64,000 nt of DNA from an uncultured Nitrospinota bacterium (GCA_963707985.1 CAVPRW010000013.1:1-64000), one strand, 5' to 3'. Counted from the first letter of the stretch, positions 20,277-30,562 are shown. Program-made: numbers and translations. The notes: generated by a model from the letters alone, not told the origin.

Positions 20277-20558
20277 ATGCGCATACGATGGGACGACACA
20301 AAACGACAGGAAGTCCTGCGGAGACGTCACATTGACTTGGCTTTGCTCGACGAGTTGTTGAGTCTCCCCTACGTCGAAAACCAAAGCAGTGATGATCCAG
20401 AGCAATATCGCGTCATTGGCTTTGTGCAGGGACGGCTGGTCACATTCATCATCGAGTATCGCCACGATGCCATGGGCAAATACATGTGGGTCGTCACTGC
20501 ATGGCATGCGACCACCCAGGAGCAGCTCGACTATGAACGCGAAATCCAGTCAGCATGA
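20277..20558 (+). CDS. BrnT-like toxin
   Basis: MRIRWDDTK...PEQYRVIGFV..RLVTFII.YR...VVTAWHAT..E. Confidence 0.72.
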   Translation: MRIRWDDTKRQEVLRRRHIDLALLDELLSLPYVENQSSDDPEQYRVIGFVQGRLVTFIIEYRHDAMGKYMWVVTAWHATTQEQLDYEREIQSA

Positions 20559-20793
20559 GCAGATAGACATTGAAGACGTCGCAGAACGTGCCGAGCGTGG
20601 GGAAGATATCTCCTCCCATTTTACCACGACGTATACTGCCAAACAGCGTGTGAATATTGACTTTCCACTGGCACTCTTGCGTGAAATTGACGCAGAATGT
20701 CAACGTATTGGTGTTACGCGCCAAGCGTGGATTAAGATGGTGTGTGCGGAGCACCTCTACCCCCATGGGAAAGGCTCTGGGGTCCGGCCTTGA
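20533..20793 (+). CDS. BrnA/CopG-like RHH antitoxin
   Basis: GEDISSHF...QRVNIDFP...ID.E..RIGVTRQAWIK; overlaps the toxin. Confidence 0.75.
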   Translation: MNAKSSQHEQIDIEDVAERAERGEDISSHFTTTYTAKQRVNIDFPLALLREIDAECQRIGVTRQAWIKMVCAEHLYPHGKGSGVRP

Positions 20794-20879
20794 ATGATCA
20801 GTTCTGCTGCGGAGCCCACGGGTTCACCATACTGGCATGGAGGCAGGGCATGCATGATCCTGCCGCCCCCCGGCCGCTA

Positions 20880-21000
20880 CTATACGGTTGGCCCGTCCGT
20901 GCGATACACCGCTCTACCGTCTGCCGGGCCACCGTGATCCCCTGCCGACTGATCTGGTCGCCCAGAAACGTCAACCCCCGCGCCAATTTCCAGGTGGTTA
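20880..21000 (-). pseudogene. Possible degenerate reverse-transcriptase C-terminal fragment
   Basis: ARGLTFLGDQISRQGITVARQTVERCIAR resembles the RT7 G(F)DFLGY segment. Confidence 0.35.
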
Positions 21001-21455
21001 CAAGCCCGTCACCATCCCGCCTGCGGCTTGACTTCTGCCCCCCCTCACCCAGGCAAGCGGTTACCAAATGACATCAACTCGATACGCCTCAAACTGACCA
21101 TCGGCGCTCACAAGTCGCATCTGTTCAGCCTGAGCTTGCGCAATCAACAAACGATCAACAGGATCATGATGATGCAAGGGGAGTTACCGTACGGTATAGA
21201 TATGGTGCAGTTCCACGGGGAGGATTCTGAGATCATTGGCAGCCTGTTGTCCGTGAATCATCTCTTCAAGCGGTACGTCCAGCTGGAGACGTTTGATCTG
21301 ATGCTTATATGCCGATCAGTTCGAGAAGACGCGTCTCTGCCTCTTCAACGGTCACAATTTTCGGTGACATCATTTCCACCATTTCTGGTCCAGCCAGGCA
21401 AAACCCTCATGCAGCCTTGCACTGATAATCCTTGACTCGCGTGTCGCGCTGCCGT

Positions 21456-23010
21456 TGGCGTCGCATGGGGAAAGCGGTGTGTGGGTGTTTTGACCGTACG
21501 GCTCCCCCCATCACCCCTTATGGCTGGCGTCTACGCCAGAAACACCTCTTGGGCCAGCGACGCTCTTCGGCGTAGTATTGCGCCTGCACCCGTCGATAGC
21601 TGGCGAACTCGTGCTGTACGAAGCTGGCATAGCGCGCCAATCCCGCCCGGTCTGATTTCACCAGGCAATCGCCAATCGCGTACGACGCGAAAATCCCCCC
21701 TCTGAGCGCTTGCAGAATGCCTTGCGACGACAGTGGATCGCCGGCCGAGGCAGCATCCCCGACGGCGAGCCAGTCGTGCGCACACACCGGATCGAGGCGC
21801 ATCGACTGCGCCGTACAGATAATCGGAGAGCCGCACATCACGCCGCTGCCCAGGCTGCGCTGGATCCACTGGGTGGTCGAGAGCAAGCTGAGCCACCGGT
21901 CTACATCGTGTAAAGCCAACCGGCGCACGATATCGCTATCGGTCATGCAGGCGACCATGCGATGCTCACCCGCCAGCGCCGTGTACCACCAGCCTGCAGC
22001 GCAGGCTTCCACCACGGTGCTCGACTCGGGCGCGTCATCGAGCGTGAACAAGCGCGCACAACAGGCCAACCGGTCCCATGCCAAGCGGCGTGCCCCCATC
22101 CGACGCGCAAAGCTCGCGCGCCGGCCAGTCGCATCGACCACGAAGCGTGCACGGCAGGCGGTGCCTCCTGATAGGCGCAGATGCCAACCGTCTGGTAGGT
22201 CTGTGGCCGCGATCAGGCGTCGCGCCAACAGTACTTGAACCCCGGCGTCCACGGCCTGACGTGCCAGGAAGCCGTCAAAGCGGGGGCGGTCGAGGTGCCA
22301 GCCTGCTCCATGTGGGGAATACATGGAGTGATTCTCCCGCAAGAAGGGCTGCCCCCAGGCTGACAGCGTGCTGTGCACACGCCGATAGCTCTCCCTCTGG
22401 AACGCATCCCAGACGCCGAGGTGCTCCAGAAACACGCGCGCCAATCCGGGGAGGATTTCACCAGGGCGTGGCCGGTCGTACGACGAGGCTTCCATCAGCC
22501 CCACCGCCAGTGCCGGTGCATGGGTCCGCAAGGCAAGCGCCGTGGCGCAGCCAGCCGGCCCGCCGCCGAGGATGAGGACATCATACGCTTGCAGGTGCGG
22601 TCCTCTCAGTCCTGACGGACGGCGTAAAATGAGGCGACGACGCCAGCCGGCGCGGTCCCGCCCCCTGAAGACGCATGGGGCACCGTGCGCACGACCGAGC
22701 CGACGATCGCGGGCCGTTGCAGCGTCGCGTCGCTGTTCGGCCACACAGGCACGAGCCAGCCGATGTAGTCGTAGACCCATAGCTCACCGTGCACCTGGCC
22801 CTTGCCTTGAAAGCGCACCTGCATCGGTGAACCGTAGCCTCGCGAGCCATGCAACGTGAGCGACCAGTCTGGTCCGCCAATGGTGCCCTGCAGGAGTTGC
22901 GAGTCTGCTTCGGCGATGACGAGATCGCCCCGGCCGAATTCCAAATCGTTGAAGTTCTTGTTCATCTCCGGGTCGTTCAACAGGCTACGATACGTCCACG
23001 TGCCAACGAA
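21456..23010. repeat. 1555-bp direct repeat, copy B (native operon end)
   Basis: Matches 18041-19595. Confidence 0.95.
21518..22594 (-). CDS. LodB/GoxB-like FAD-dependent oxidoreductase
   Basis: GxGxxG, DATG and GDAA..DPLSSQG motifs; downstream of the lodA-like gene. Confidence 0.82.
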   Translation of the reverse strand: MQAYDVLILGGGPAGCATALALRTHAPALAVGLMEASSYDRPRPGEILPGLARVFLEHLGVWDAFQRESYRRVHSTLSAWGQPFLRENHSMYSPHGAGWHLDRPRFDGFLARQAVDAGVQVLLARRLIAATDLPDGWHLRLSGGTACRARFVVDATGRRASFARRMGARRLAWDRLACCARLFTLDDAPESSTVVEACAAGWWYTALAGEHRMVACMTDSDIVRRLALHDVDRWLSLLSTTQWIQRSLGSGVMCGSPIICTAQSMRLDPVCAHDWLAVGDAASAGDPLSSQGILQALRGGIFASYAIGDCLVKSDRAGLARYASFVQHEFASYRRVQAQYYAEERRWPKRCFWRRRQP

Positions 23011-23028
23011 AGGATTGTCACTCATCAC
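22606..23028 (-). CDS. Hypothetical beta-rich protein (140 aa)
   Basis: Intact; overlaps the lodA-like stop codon. Confidence 0.8.
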   Translation of the reverse strand: MMSDNPFVGTWTYRSLLNDPEMNKNFNDLEFGRGDLVIAEADSQLLQGTIGGPDWSLTLHGSRGYGSPMQVRFQGKGQVHGELWVYDYIGWLVPVWPNSDATLQRPAIVGSVVRTVPHASSGGGTAPAGVVASFYAVRQD

Positions 23029-25763
23029 TCCTCCGGCGTGCGTTCGACGCTGAGGTATTTCGTGTCGGGAGAGGGCCCATTCAACGCCTTCTCAGTGAGG
23101 TAAGGGTTGCGGATGACGAAACCGAGCCTGGTCCATTCGGTCACCATCTTCAGATCACCGGCATTGGTTTGCGGGACTCCACGGGCCCAGTTCAGGTATT
23201 GAAACAGCGGCGTGCCGTCCGGGGCGAAACCGGTAAATTCCCACGTTTGTAGCGGGCGGTGTGCTGGCCACCAGAGTGTTTCCCAGAGCTGTTCTTGGCG
23301 CCTCATCAAGACGTCATTCTCGCTCCCGGGGTTGAGGAGGTTCCACTGCTCATAGGTGATGTTGATGGATTCGGTCGAGCATTCGTTGAAATCCGACTGC
23401 CAGGGAAGCGACATTTGTTTGGTCAGATCGCCCGGCTGCAATCCTCTCGCCATATCGGTATCCTGACTGAGAGTTACCCCGATTGATGAGACAAAATCGC
23501 GTTCGGAGACTGGCTGCTGGCGCGAATTGGCGTTCGCCTGGGCCGCGGTCTGGCGGAAGTTGGAGAAGTCAGGGTCGGCCTTCAGACGGTAGGGTCCTTG
23601 GTAAATCGCCGGGTTGCGGATGAGCCAGCCGATCTCACCCCCGGGACAAAACGCGCCTCCAAGCAGGTTCATCAACACGCCCTGGTCGAGGTCGCGGCCA
23701 GTGGTATTGACCCAGTTGGCATACGGATCGTATGTGTCGGGGTTCTTGAGCCAGCCCTGGCGTACCTCGTTGTAGAATTTGCCCTCAGCCCATTGCCGCA
23801 AGAGGTAGTGCTGATAGTCGGTCAGGCGCAGAAACTTCGACGGCACCTGGTTGGTGAGCGGATTATCGCCGCACAGGAGCGGCATCAGTGGCAGGTTGAA
23901 CATGCGATTATTGGGTCTACCGCCGAGGCGGAACTCGTTCTCTTCGCCGGGTTGCCGGAGCAACTCATACAGGTATCGCCGGTAGATGCGATAGAAATCG
24001 TAGGTGCAGTCCTCGCGGGCCTTCTCGAAGCGGTCCTCCAGCAACTTGCCTGTGCGCAGCTCCTTCAGATAGCGTTCGAACGCGTCCTCAATAGAGAGCG
24101 GGGTGTCCTGTTCCGCCCCTGCTTCGGGAGGAATGCGACGGGCCAGCGTCAGCCTGACCACGTGCGCTTGCAGGCCAGGCTCGTGCGCTACCGCCTCACA
24201 CAGGGTGGTTTCGATGTTGGCGAGGTGATCCTGCAGCCTCTCCTGTGCCGCCTCATATTGCTGCTTGAATGCGTCGTCTTGAGGAGCCCCCTGGGCCTGG
24301 GCATAGCGTTCTTTCCAGCGCCTCAAATACACTCCGGGGTCGTTTTCATGCTCGCCTTCCGGATAGATTGTCGCAGCAAACTGGGCGACCGCGTCCGCCA
24401 ACGCCGTCCTGATGCCCTGCCTGTTCAGGCTGTGAACGAACCCGTTCTCTACAGGGTGAGATGTCGTTTTGAGGCGCTCGTCAAGCAGTGCCAACGTGGG
24501 CTCCAGCGCCTCGATGAACAGCACGCCTGCATGGTTCTTGCGTATCGCCTCGAGCTTCGCCTTCTCCAAAGCGCTCTCATTGACGAACGGCGGCACCGAC
24601 AGCTTATCCGGGTCGAAATTCCCCCGGGGCGTCTGGTTGTGGGGATAGTTCGATTGTGCGAGCACATTGGTCAGGTAGGTCATTTCATCAGCACGGAACA
24701 GGATGGGCCAGATGTCGCGGTAGAACCATGGCTTGTAGTCAGGATTCCAGGTCAGTCGTCCCCTCTGCCAGTGCAGCAGCGCCTCGGCATCGTGAGGGTC
24801 GATGTGCTGCGGGTGGTCGAAGGTGCCGGTCTCGCCATACAGATCGGTCCGATAGGCAAAGGCACGGATGGCCAGATCATACAAGACATCGTCCAGCGTG
24901 ATCAGGTCCAGGATCTCCGGGACGTAGGCGGGATAGCCAACGACCACCCACGCCGGATACTCGACGTCGATAAACCGCAGCCGTCCGACTTCCGGCGAGA
25001 ACATCACGAGTCGGGCCATCACGACGCCATCCGAAGTATCGTCAAACCAGCCGTCATTGTTGGCGTAGGTGTCAATCCTGGGGTGCCCCAGCCCGCTGTT
25101 CACCGTGCCGGAGTGGCCGTGACCGCCGAGCACGAGCAACCGCCCAGTGGCGTCAGTTTTGATGTCGCCGAGTGTCTCGATCGCATGTGGCTGCAACGGC
25201 GGTGGAAACATCGGCGCGTAGAGATCGGTGTGGCGATCGAAAGACGCACTGCGGTTGCTGGTGCAGTTGACGACGCGAGGCCCCGGATCGATGATCAACT
25301 GCTGGCGAGCCTCCGGATCGGTGACGTCGGCGTTGCGTCTCGGGTGGTTTGGGCTATAGCCGCGCTCGCCTGCGAGCGCGTCGAACTCATACCAGACGGC
25401 TTTCTTGTTAGCCAGGTAGACTTGCCACTCAATGTCGACCAGCACGCCGTGATTGCCGCCACCCCTGATGGGGTCGCCAATCTTGAGCGGCCGACCAGCG
25501 GGACTGTCGTCGTCGTACACATACAGCTGGAAGCGTGCTGCCTGGCGCTTGATGCGCCCCTGTGCATCCTTGAACTGCTTGATGGTGACCTCGGACTGGC
25601 CGTCCGGTGACAGCAGGGGATTACCTTGTTGGTCACAGGCAATTGGTAAGGCTGCCGGTTTTTCGGGAGAGATACAGAACTCGTCGGGGCTGTTGCCCAA
25701 CCGGGCGATGCCGATGCCGGGGTGAATACGGTAGACCGGCACAGTGTCACTATATGTTTCCAT
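23025..25763 (-). CDS. LodA/GoxA-family CTQ-dependent oxidase
   Basis: YRIHPGIGIARLGNS, IKRQAARF, LANKKA.WY, GRLLVLGGHG, NNDGWFDDTSDG, GGAFCPGGE, PGDLTK.MSLPWQSDFNEC, WWPAHRP, MVTEWTRLGF. Confidence 0.92.
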   Translation of the reverse strand: METYSDTVPVYRIHPGIGIARLGNSPDEFCISPEKPAALPIACDQQGNPLLSPDGQSEVTIKQFKDAQGRIKRQAARFQLYVYDDDSPAGRPLKIGDPIRGGGNHGVLVDIEWQVYLANKKAVWYEFDALAGERGYSPNHPRRNADVTDPEARQQLIIDPGPRVVNCTSNRSASFDRHTDLYAPMFPPPLQPHAIETLGDIKTDATGRLLVLGGHGHSGTVNSGLGHPRIDTYANNDGWFDDTSDGVVMARLVMFSPEVGRLRFIDVEYPAWVVVGYPAYVPEILDLITLDDVLYDLAIRAFAYRTDLYGETGTFDHPQHIDPHDAEALLHWQRGRLTWNPDYKPWFYRDIWPILFRADEMTYLTNVLAQSNYPHNQTPRGNFDPDKLSVPPFVNESALEKAKLEAIRKNHAGVLFIEALEPTLALLDERLKTTSHPVENGFVHSLNRQGIRTALADAVAQFAATIYPEGEHENDPGVYLRRWKERYAQAQGAPQDDAFKQQYEAAQERLQDHLANIETTLCEAVAHEPGLQAHVVRLTLARRIPPEAGAEQDTPLSIEDAFERYLKELRTGKLLEDRFEKAREDCTYDFYRIYRRYLYELLRQPGEENEFRLGGRPNNRMFNLPLMPLLCGDNPLTNQVPSKFLRLTDYQHYLLRQWAEGKFYNEVRQGWLKNPDTYDPYANWVNTTGRDLDQGVLMNLLGGAFCPGGEIGWLIRNPAIYQGPYRLKADPDFSNFRQTAAQANANSRQQPVSERDFVSSIGVTLSQDTDMARGLQPGDLTKQMSLPWQSDFNECSTESINITYEQWNLLNPGSENDVLMRRQEQLWETLWWPAHRPLQTWEFTGFAPDGTPLFQYLNWARGVPQTNAGDLKMVTEWTRLGFVIRNPYLTEKALNGPSPDTKYLSVERTPEE

Positions 25764-25772
25764 GCAGTCCTC

Positions 25773-27845
25773 TCAGTCAAGGAAATTCAGGGAAACACCT
25801 TCGAGCCGCAGCAGCTCGTTGTCTTCCTGGTAATCCACACCGATGACGACCAGAGTGATCTGGAGCGCAGTCGCGCCGCTGTCAAGCAGACGCTTGGCGC
25901 ACTTGGTGACGTGGATGCGATGATTGCGCGGCGTGTTGTGATGACGCGGGCGCAGGTCGTATTCGCGCCGCCGCAGGGGCGGGACGTCGCAGTGGCCCGG
26001 CCCGCCGTAGCAGTCGCCGTGACCAAAGATCGCCAGGTAGCCGGCGTAGTGCGCGTCTTCAATGGACGTGTTGGCGTTCGCGTCCGGCAAATTGAGAAAA
26101 ACCCGGATAAAGCACGAACGCGGCAGCTGCGGGACACGGTGCAGCCGGACTTCGGCCTCACGGAAAGCGCTGCGCACGTTTTCGGGCACATCGATCGGCT
26201 TCGATACGAAGCGCCCAACCGGGGCTTCCACTCCGACCGGGACAATGCACGTGCTCTTGACATACTCGTAGCCGAAGCGATGGATATCTAGCGTGTCGCG
26301 CGTGGTGTAGCTCCAGGGGGTGAGCACCGCATCCAGATCAGCCGGATGCGAGTCGGGACGTCGTTGCTGCCACTCCCACCAGAGCCGATCCACATTGACG
26401 TGTACCGACCAGAAGATGGGATCATAGGACGCCGTCAGGTTGCTGAACATATCCCCGAACGGCGGCTGGCTGTATAGGTCTTCGCGCTTGTGGAACTTGC
26501 GGCCAGCCACCTGCACAGCCCGGTTGCGGTCTTGCGGTATGGGCACCTGTCCCTGCACTGGAGCTGGTGCCGGTGGCTTGTATGGGTTCTTGCCTCCGGT
26601 CCAGATATGAATGGTATTATGCGGATTCTGATCGAGGAATCCGAAGGCGTCATTATAGAGGCTGCCGCCACCGAAATCCCTGAAGGTGCGCAGGCTCAGA
26701 ATCTGTTCGATATCATCGGCGGTTGGGTAGTGGTAATGGATCTGCTGGTTGATGGTTGAGTCCCCGAACTCGCCAGGGTAGCGTAAAGGATACCACAGCG
26801 CGTTGGCGTCGAGCAGCGCATCGATGAAGCGGTTACGGTATTCGCCCGTGGTATATGGCTCCTCGCCTATGCGTGCCGCGACGGCGGTGAAAAAGCAGCT
26901 CAAGGTGGCGAAGTGTACACCAACCATATCGTGTAATGGGGCAGTTGGAATGCCATGTTTGCCGAGGAACGTGAGCGAATCATTGGTCAGATACGCCTGC
27001 AAGGCCATTGGAATGATCCAACCTTTATCCGGTTGCGACGGTCTATACTGGGGCATAGTCCAGTCCCAGTAGGGCATGGTCACATCCGGGCAATGGTCTT
27101 GCAGCGCCTGCTCGAATTCGTAGAGGTAGACGCGGTGCCACGGCAAGAAGCGCTCCCAGCCGTGTTGGCAGTGGTTCTGGTGTATCAGCGCCAAATTATT
27201 GTAGCTGCGGCTGTCTTCCGGCCATTTATTCAACTCGTACAGCTCGCGCATGGCAAAGCGCAGCTTCTCCAATTGCGCCTCGTCCATGCAGTCGAGATTC
27301 ATGCGTTGCTTCAGTTCGCCGCGCTGAAACTGATATTCGTTGGGGGCGCCCCGGTAAGGCCCATACTCCATCTGTTGCAGCTCAACGACGGGGCCGATGG
27401 CCACGCGGGTCGTCTGGGGCGTTTCTATAGCGACCAGAGCATAGTCGCCGATTTCGTGATCCCCGGCCGGGCAGCCATCGTCTATCCAGTCGCTGATGAA
27501 CTGCGTATCTTCTGCAGTGACGGGCTGGCCTGACCACGGCAGGGGCGGGAACCTGGAGCCATCAAACGGCGCCTCCCCACGCAACCCACGCACCAGTGCG
27601 GAGCGTGCGCCACGCCCCGGTGGCGCCGGCATTGTCGCTGCGTGATCGGCACAGCACGACGGGGCGACCTCCTGTTCGGGTGCGATCAGGCGTACGCCAT
27701 ACAAGCGCGCCTCAAGCAACTTCTCGCGCGGATACTCCCACAACCGTTGTCCACCGTATGCGGCGGCATGCCCGTCGGCAGCCTCACGTAGGATGTACTG
27801 AACACGTTCAAAGCGTGTTCTCACCGTGACATTCTGTGCGGCCAT
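25773..27845 (-). CDS. Tyrosinase-family type-3 copper protein with extra N- and C-terminal domains
   Basis: CuA HQNHCQHGWERFLPWHR; CuB PHNTIH...DPIFWSVHVNVD. Confidence 0.92.
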   Translation of the reverse strand: MAAQNVTVRTRFERVQYILREAADGHAAAYGGQRLWEYPREKLLEARLYGVRLIAPEQEVAPSCCADHAATMPAPPGRGARSALVRGLRGEAPFDGSRFPPLPWSGQPVTAEDTQFISDWIDDGCPAGDHEIGDYALVAIETPQTTRVAIGPVVELQQMEYGPYRGAPNEYQFQRGELKQRMNLDCMDEAQLEKLRFAMRELYELNKWPEDSRSYNNLALIHQNHCQHGWERFLPWHRVYLYEFEQALQDHCPDVTMPYWDWTMPQYRPSQPDKGWIIPMALQAYLTNDSLTFLGKHGIPTAPLHDMVGVHFATLSCFFTAVAARIGEEPYTTGEYRNRFIDALLDANALWYPLRYPGEFGDSTINQQIHYHYPTADDIEQILSLRTFRDFGGGSLYNDAFGFLDQNPHNTIHIWTGGKNPYKPPAPAPVQGQVPIPQDRNRAVQVAGRKFHKREDLYSQPPFGDMFSNLTASYDPIFWSVHVNVDRLWWEWQQRRPDSHPADLDAVLTPWSYTTRDTLDIHRFGYEYVKSTCIVPVGVEAPVGRFVSKPIDVPENVRSAFREAEVRLHRVPQLPRSCFIRVFLNLPDANANTSIEDAHYAGYLAIFGHGDCYGGPGHCDVPPLRRREYDLRPRHHNTPRNHRIHVTKCAKRLLDSGATALQITLVVIGVDYQEDNELLRLEGVSLNFLD

Positions 27846-27989
27846 AGCCCATGCCCTCCGGAGGGAAACCATGCAGACGTTCTTCATCTCATCAGAGCGG
27901 TTTTCATGCGAGTGTACGCCATACAGCCAGCCCACTGGATGCCTGCGAAAGCGGGAATCCAGAAGCCGTACATGCCCTGGCCAACCGAT

Positions 27990-30242
27990 TTAGTGATGCG
28001 CATATGGAGGCCGGTCTAAAACGACCTTCACCAGTTGCATCATGCCGCGGTCTTCGTGGATGAGGATATGGCAGTGCAGCACGTACGTTCCCGTGAAATC
28101 CACGAATCGGCTACGCATCTTGAAATATCCTGGGATGGTCTCGGTACACGTAATCGTCTGATCCTTAGCTGTCTTGCACTGCACGTATGGCCGAATCGCC
28201 GCAGGACACTGGTTCACATCGCGATTGCACTCGGTCGTCACGTCGTACTGCTTGCTCGTCGGTATGGCGAACGTGTCCCACCAGGCAAAGGGCGCCGTGA
28301 GAGGCGTGCAGGGCTTCCACGTTTGCGGGTTCAGGTGATCCACATAACACGGCTTGTCCCGGTCACTGGTGTTCTCGGCGTTCGGCTCAAAGACTTCGGT
28401 GATCTGGAACGGGTTGACGTGGATGTGGAACGGATGCGCCTTGTCGTTGGCCTCGTTCGAGATCTTCCACTCTTCGGCGCTGTTCAGCCGCATCACCTGG
28501 CTGTATACTTCCTGGTCAAACGTCTGACCATCGATCTTGTTATGCGCTGCGCCGAAGTCCACTTCGCGCCGGATGCGGAGGTCCGACTCGGCAATGTCGG
28601 CGAGAAATGCCGGGAATGCAGGGAAATCGGCTTCGTTCTGGATGAAATCCTGTGCCGGACTGATGGCCAGGCCTTCGACACTCACCGTGAGTAGCGTGAT
28701 GGGCGGGTCCGGCGTGAATCCTGCCGTCGGATCGAGGGGCAGGCCGGCGTTCGGCTGAACGGTGAGCGTGTACCGGCCCGGCTGGACCGGGGCCTTCACC
28801 AGCAGATCGGCGCGGTTGGCCGGTGCCAGATTGATCATGCGGTTTATAGCACCAAAGGTGCTGTAGTTCTTATAGGCAAGCTGCACGCCGTCTTGTGCAA
28901 TCTGCCGCCAGGCCAGACCTCCCTGCGGAGCAAATCCCTGCAGCTGCACTGCGTCGCGGAAGGCGCCATTCACTATTCGCCAGAGCTGCACTTCGCCGGG
29001 TCGCATCTTCACGACTGGATTCAGCCGGCCGTTCACTGAGAGCTGAGGCTTAGGTATCGAATTGGGTCCCTTGAAATCGGGGGATTTGGTCAAAGGATTG
29101 AGCACAGGAAACGGCGTGGATGACAGTTGCTGGATCATCAGTACCTGATCGCGGAAGCCCTGGCCGTAGAACTTGCGCAGGTCGACGTCGTACTGGCCTT
29201 CGATGACGAAGGCGCCGGTCATGCCGTTGGCGACGTTCAGGGCTGTGGACCCATGTTTGTGGGCGTGATACCAGTGTGTACCCGGCGACTGCCCCATGAC
29301 GTTGCTTTTGCTATCGGCCAGCCTGAAGCAATACGGATAGGCCCCGATCTGATACTGCGGCCACACACCCTGTTGGATCTGCTCCCAATTCTCTGGCCAC
29401 AGCTGCATGTCACGCGGGAGCGTGCCTGGTTTTCCCCTATACGGCGCGGTTTTATCGAACTCCTTGAGCAAGCGCTCCTGATCGGCGCGCCAGGCGGCGG
29501 GCAGCTGTTGCCATTTGGTAGGCGTTCCGCGCTTTTCGCAGGCGCTGAAAATTTGCGCGAACATTTTATCGACGAAGGCGTCATTCGGCCGGATGATCTT
29601 GCCGTTAGGCCCGCTTCTGAGCGCGGGCCGGATGAAGAGTAGGATGTTGTCGCCTGTGGTGTCGGGCGTCGTATGGGTGCCGTGGAAATGGAGGTTCGAC
29701 GTGCTCGATCCGTGCAAGCAGTTCGGCGTCTTATCGCCGGTCTGGCCGGGGTAGAGCTGGTTGTTCGGGGCTGGCTTGTCCGTGTACACTTCGTCGCAGC
29801 CCGTGGTATTCTTCGGGTCGTTATAGCTCTGATCGAGCGAGTAGGCAAACGCCTGCGTGTCGACGCGATTCAAAAATTTGATTTGAATCAGATCTCCAAC
29901 TCTGGCACGTAGCGTGGGACCCGGAATCGGCTCGCCTGTCGAGAAAGCCGGGTCTTCGGGGCCCGGTTTGAGCAGGTTGCGCCCTTTGAAATACCTGAGA
30001 TCCTGCGGGACGCAGCGCGTGTCGCCTGCTGAACCCCACAACGTTCGTTTGCCGCTGGTCAGAGTGACCTCCGCCCTGAGGCGTCCGTTCTCGCTCCTGA
30101 TCTCCGGGATGGTGATCAAGTCCTGGCCCGGCTGGCAGGTATTCGACGCCGTCTGTGCCATCGCCTGCCGGCTGAGCGCCAGCGCCATATAGATCAGCAG
30201 GCCAACCAGAATCACGTATGCAGCAGACTCATGCCGTTTCAT
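27990..30242 (-). CDS. Secreted multicopper oxidase
   Basis: Signal-like N-terminus; NLHFHG, WYHAHKH, HPFHIH, HCHILIHEDRGMM. Confidence 0.93.
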   Translation of the reverse strand: MKRHESAAYVILVGLLIYMALALSRQAMAQTASNTCQPGQDLITIPEIRSENGRLRAEVTLTSGKRTLWGSAGDTRCVPQDLRYFKGRNLLKPGPEDPAFSTGEPIPGPTLRARVGDLIQIKFLNRVDTQAFAYSLDQSYNDPKNTTGCDEVYTDKPAPNNQLYPGQTGDKTPNCLHGSSTSNLHFHGTHTTPDTTGDNILLFIRPALRSGPNGKIIRPNDAFVDKMFAQIFSACEKRGTPTKWQQLPAAWRADQERLLKEFDKTAPYRGKPGTLPRDMQLWPENWEQIQQGVWPQYQIGAYPYCFRLADSKSNVMGQSPGTHWYHAHKHGSTALNVANGMTGAFVIEGQYDVDLRKFYGQGFRDQVLMIQQLSSTPFPVLNPLTKSPDFKGPNSIPKPQLSVNGRLNPVVKMRPGEVQLWRIVNGAFRDAVQLQGFAPQGGLAWRQIAQDGVQLAYKNYSTFGAINRMINLAPANRADLLVKAPVQPGRYTLTVQPNAGLPLDPTAGFTPDPPITLLTVSVEGLAISPAQDFIQNEADFPAFPAFLADIAESDLRIRREVDFGAAHNKIDGQTFDQEVYSQVMRLNSAEEWKISNEANDKAHPFHIHVNPFQITEVFEPNAENTSDRDKPCYVDHLNPQTWKPCTPLTAPFAWWDTFAIPTSKQYDVTTECNRDVNQCPAAIRPYVQCKTAKDQTITCTETIPGYFKMRSRFVDFTGTYVLHCHILIHEDRGMMQLVKVVLDRPPYAHH

Positions 30243-30274
30243 AGCTATGACCTCACTGTTGTGCCAGAGGCGGA

Positions 30275-30562
30275 TCAACTGACCACGATGGTTCCTGTTT
30301 CACCTGGATGAAGCGAGCAGATGTAACTGATCGTTCCCGGCGTACCAGGCGCAAACCCTGGTGACGTCGATTTGGCGGCAATCTGGTTGGTCATGAACAC
30401 ATAGGTCTGGTTTACCGGGGTGGGGAAATGGGCGACCGTGTCGTCGTTGCTCCAGATGATCTGATCGCCCACCTGGATCTGCGGCGATTGATCGAATTCG
30501 AAGATGGCAGGCCCGGGAGGGTTCGGATTCTGCCTGATGTTGATTCTCCATGTGAACGGCAT
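30275..30562 (-). CDS. Small cupredoxin-like protein
   Basis: GDQIIWSNDDTVAH...YICSLHPGETGTIVV; RBS AAGGAGG; axial Met absent. Confidence 0.72.
   Translation of the reverse strand: MPFTWRINIRQNPNPPGPAIFEFDQSPQIQVGDQIIWSNDDTVAHFPTPVNQTYVFMTNQIAAKSTSPGFAPGTPGTISYICSLHPGETGTIVVS

Noticed and set aside
23598..25610. 670-aa plus-strand ORF (also 14830-15951 and 51847-53241)
   Set aside because: Antisense shadows of well-supported minus-strand genes in GC-rich DNA; no motifs.
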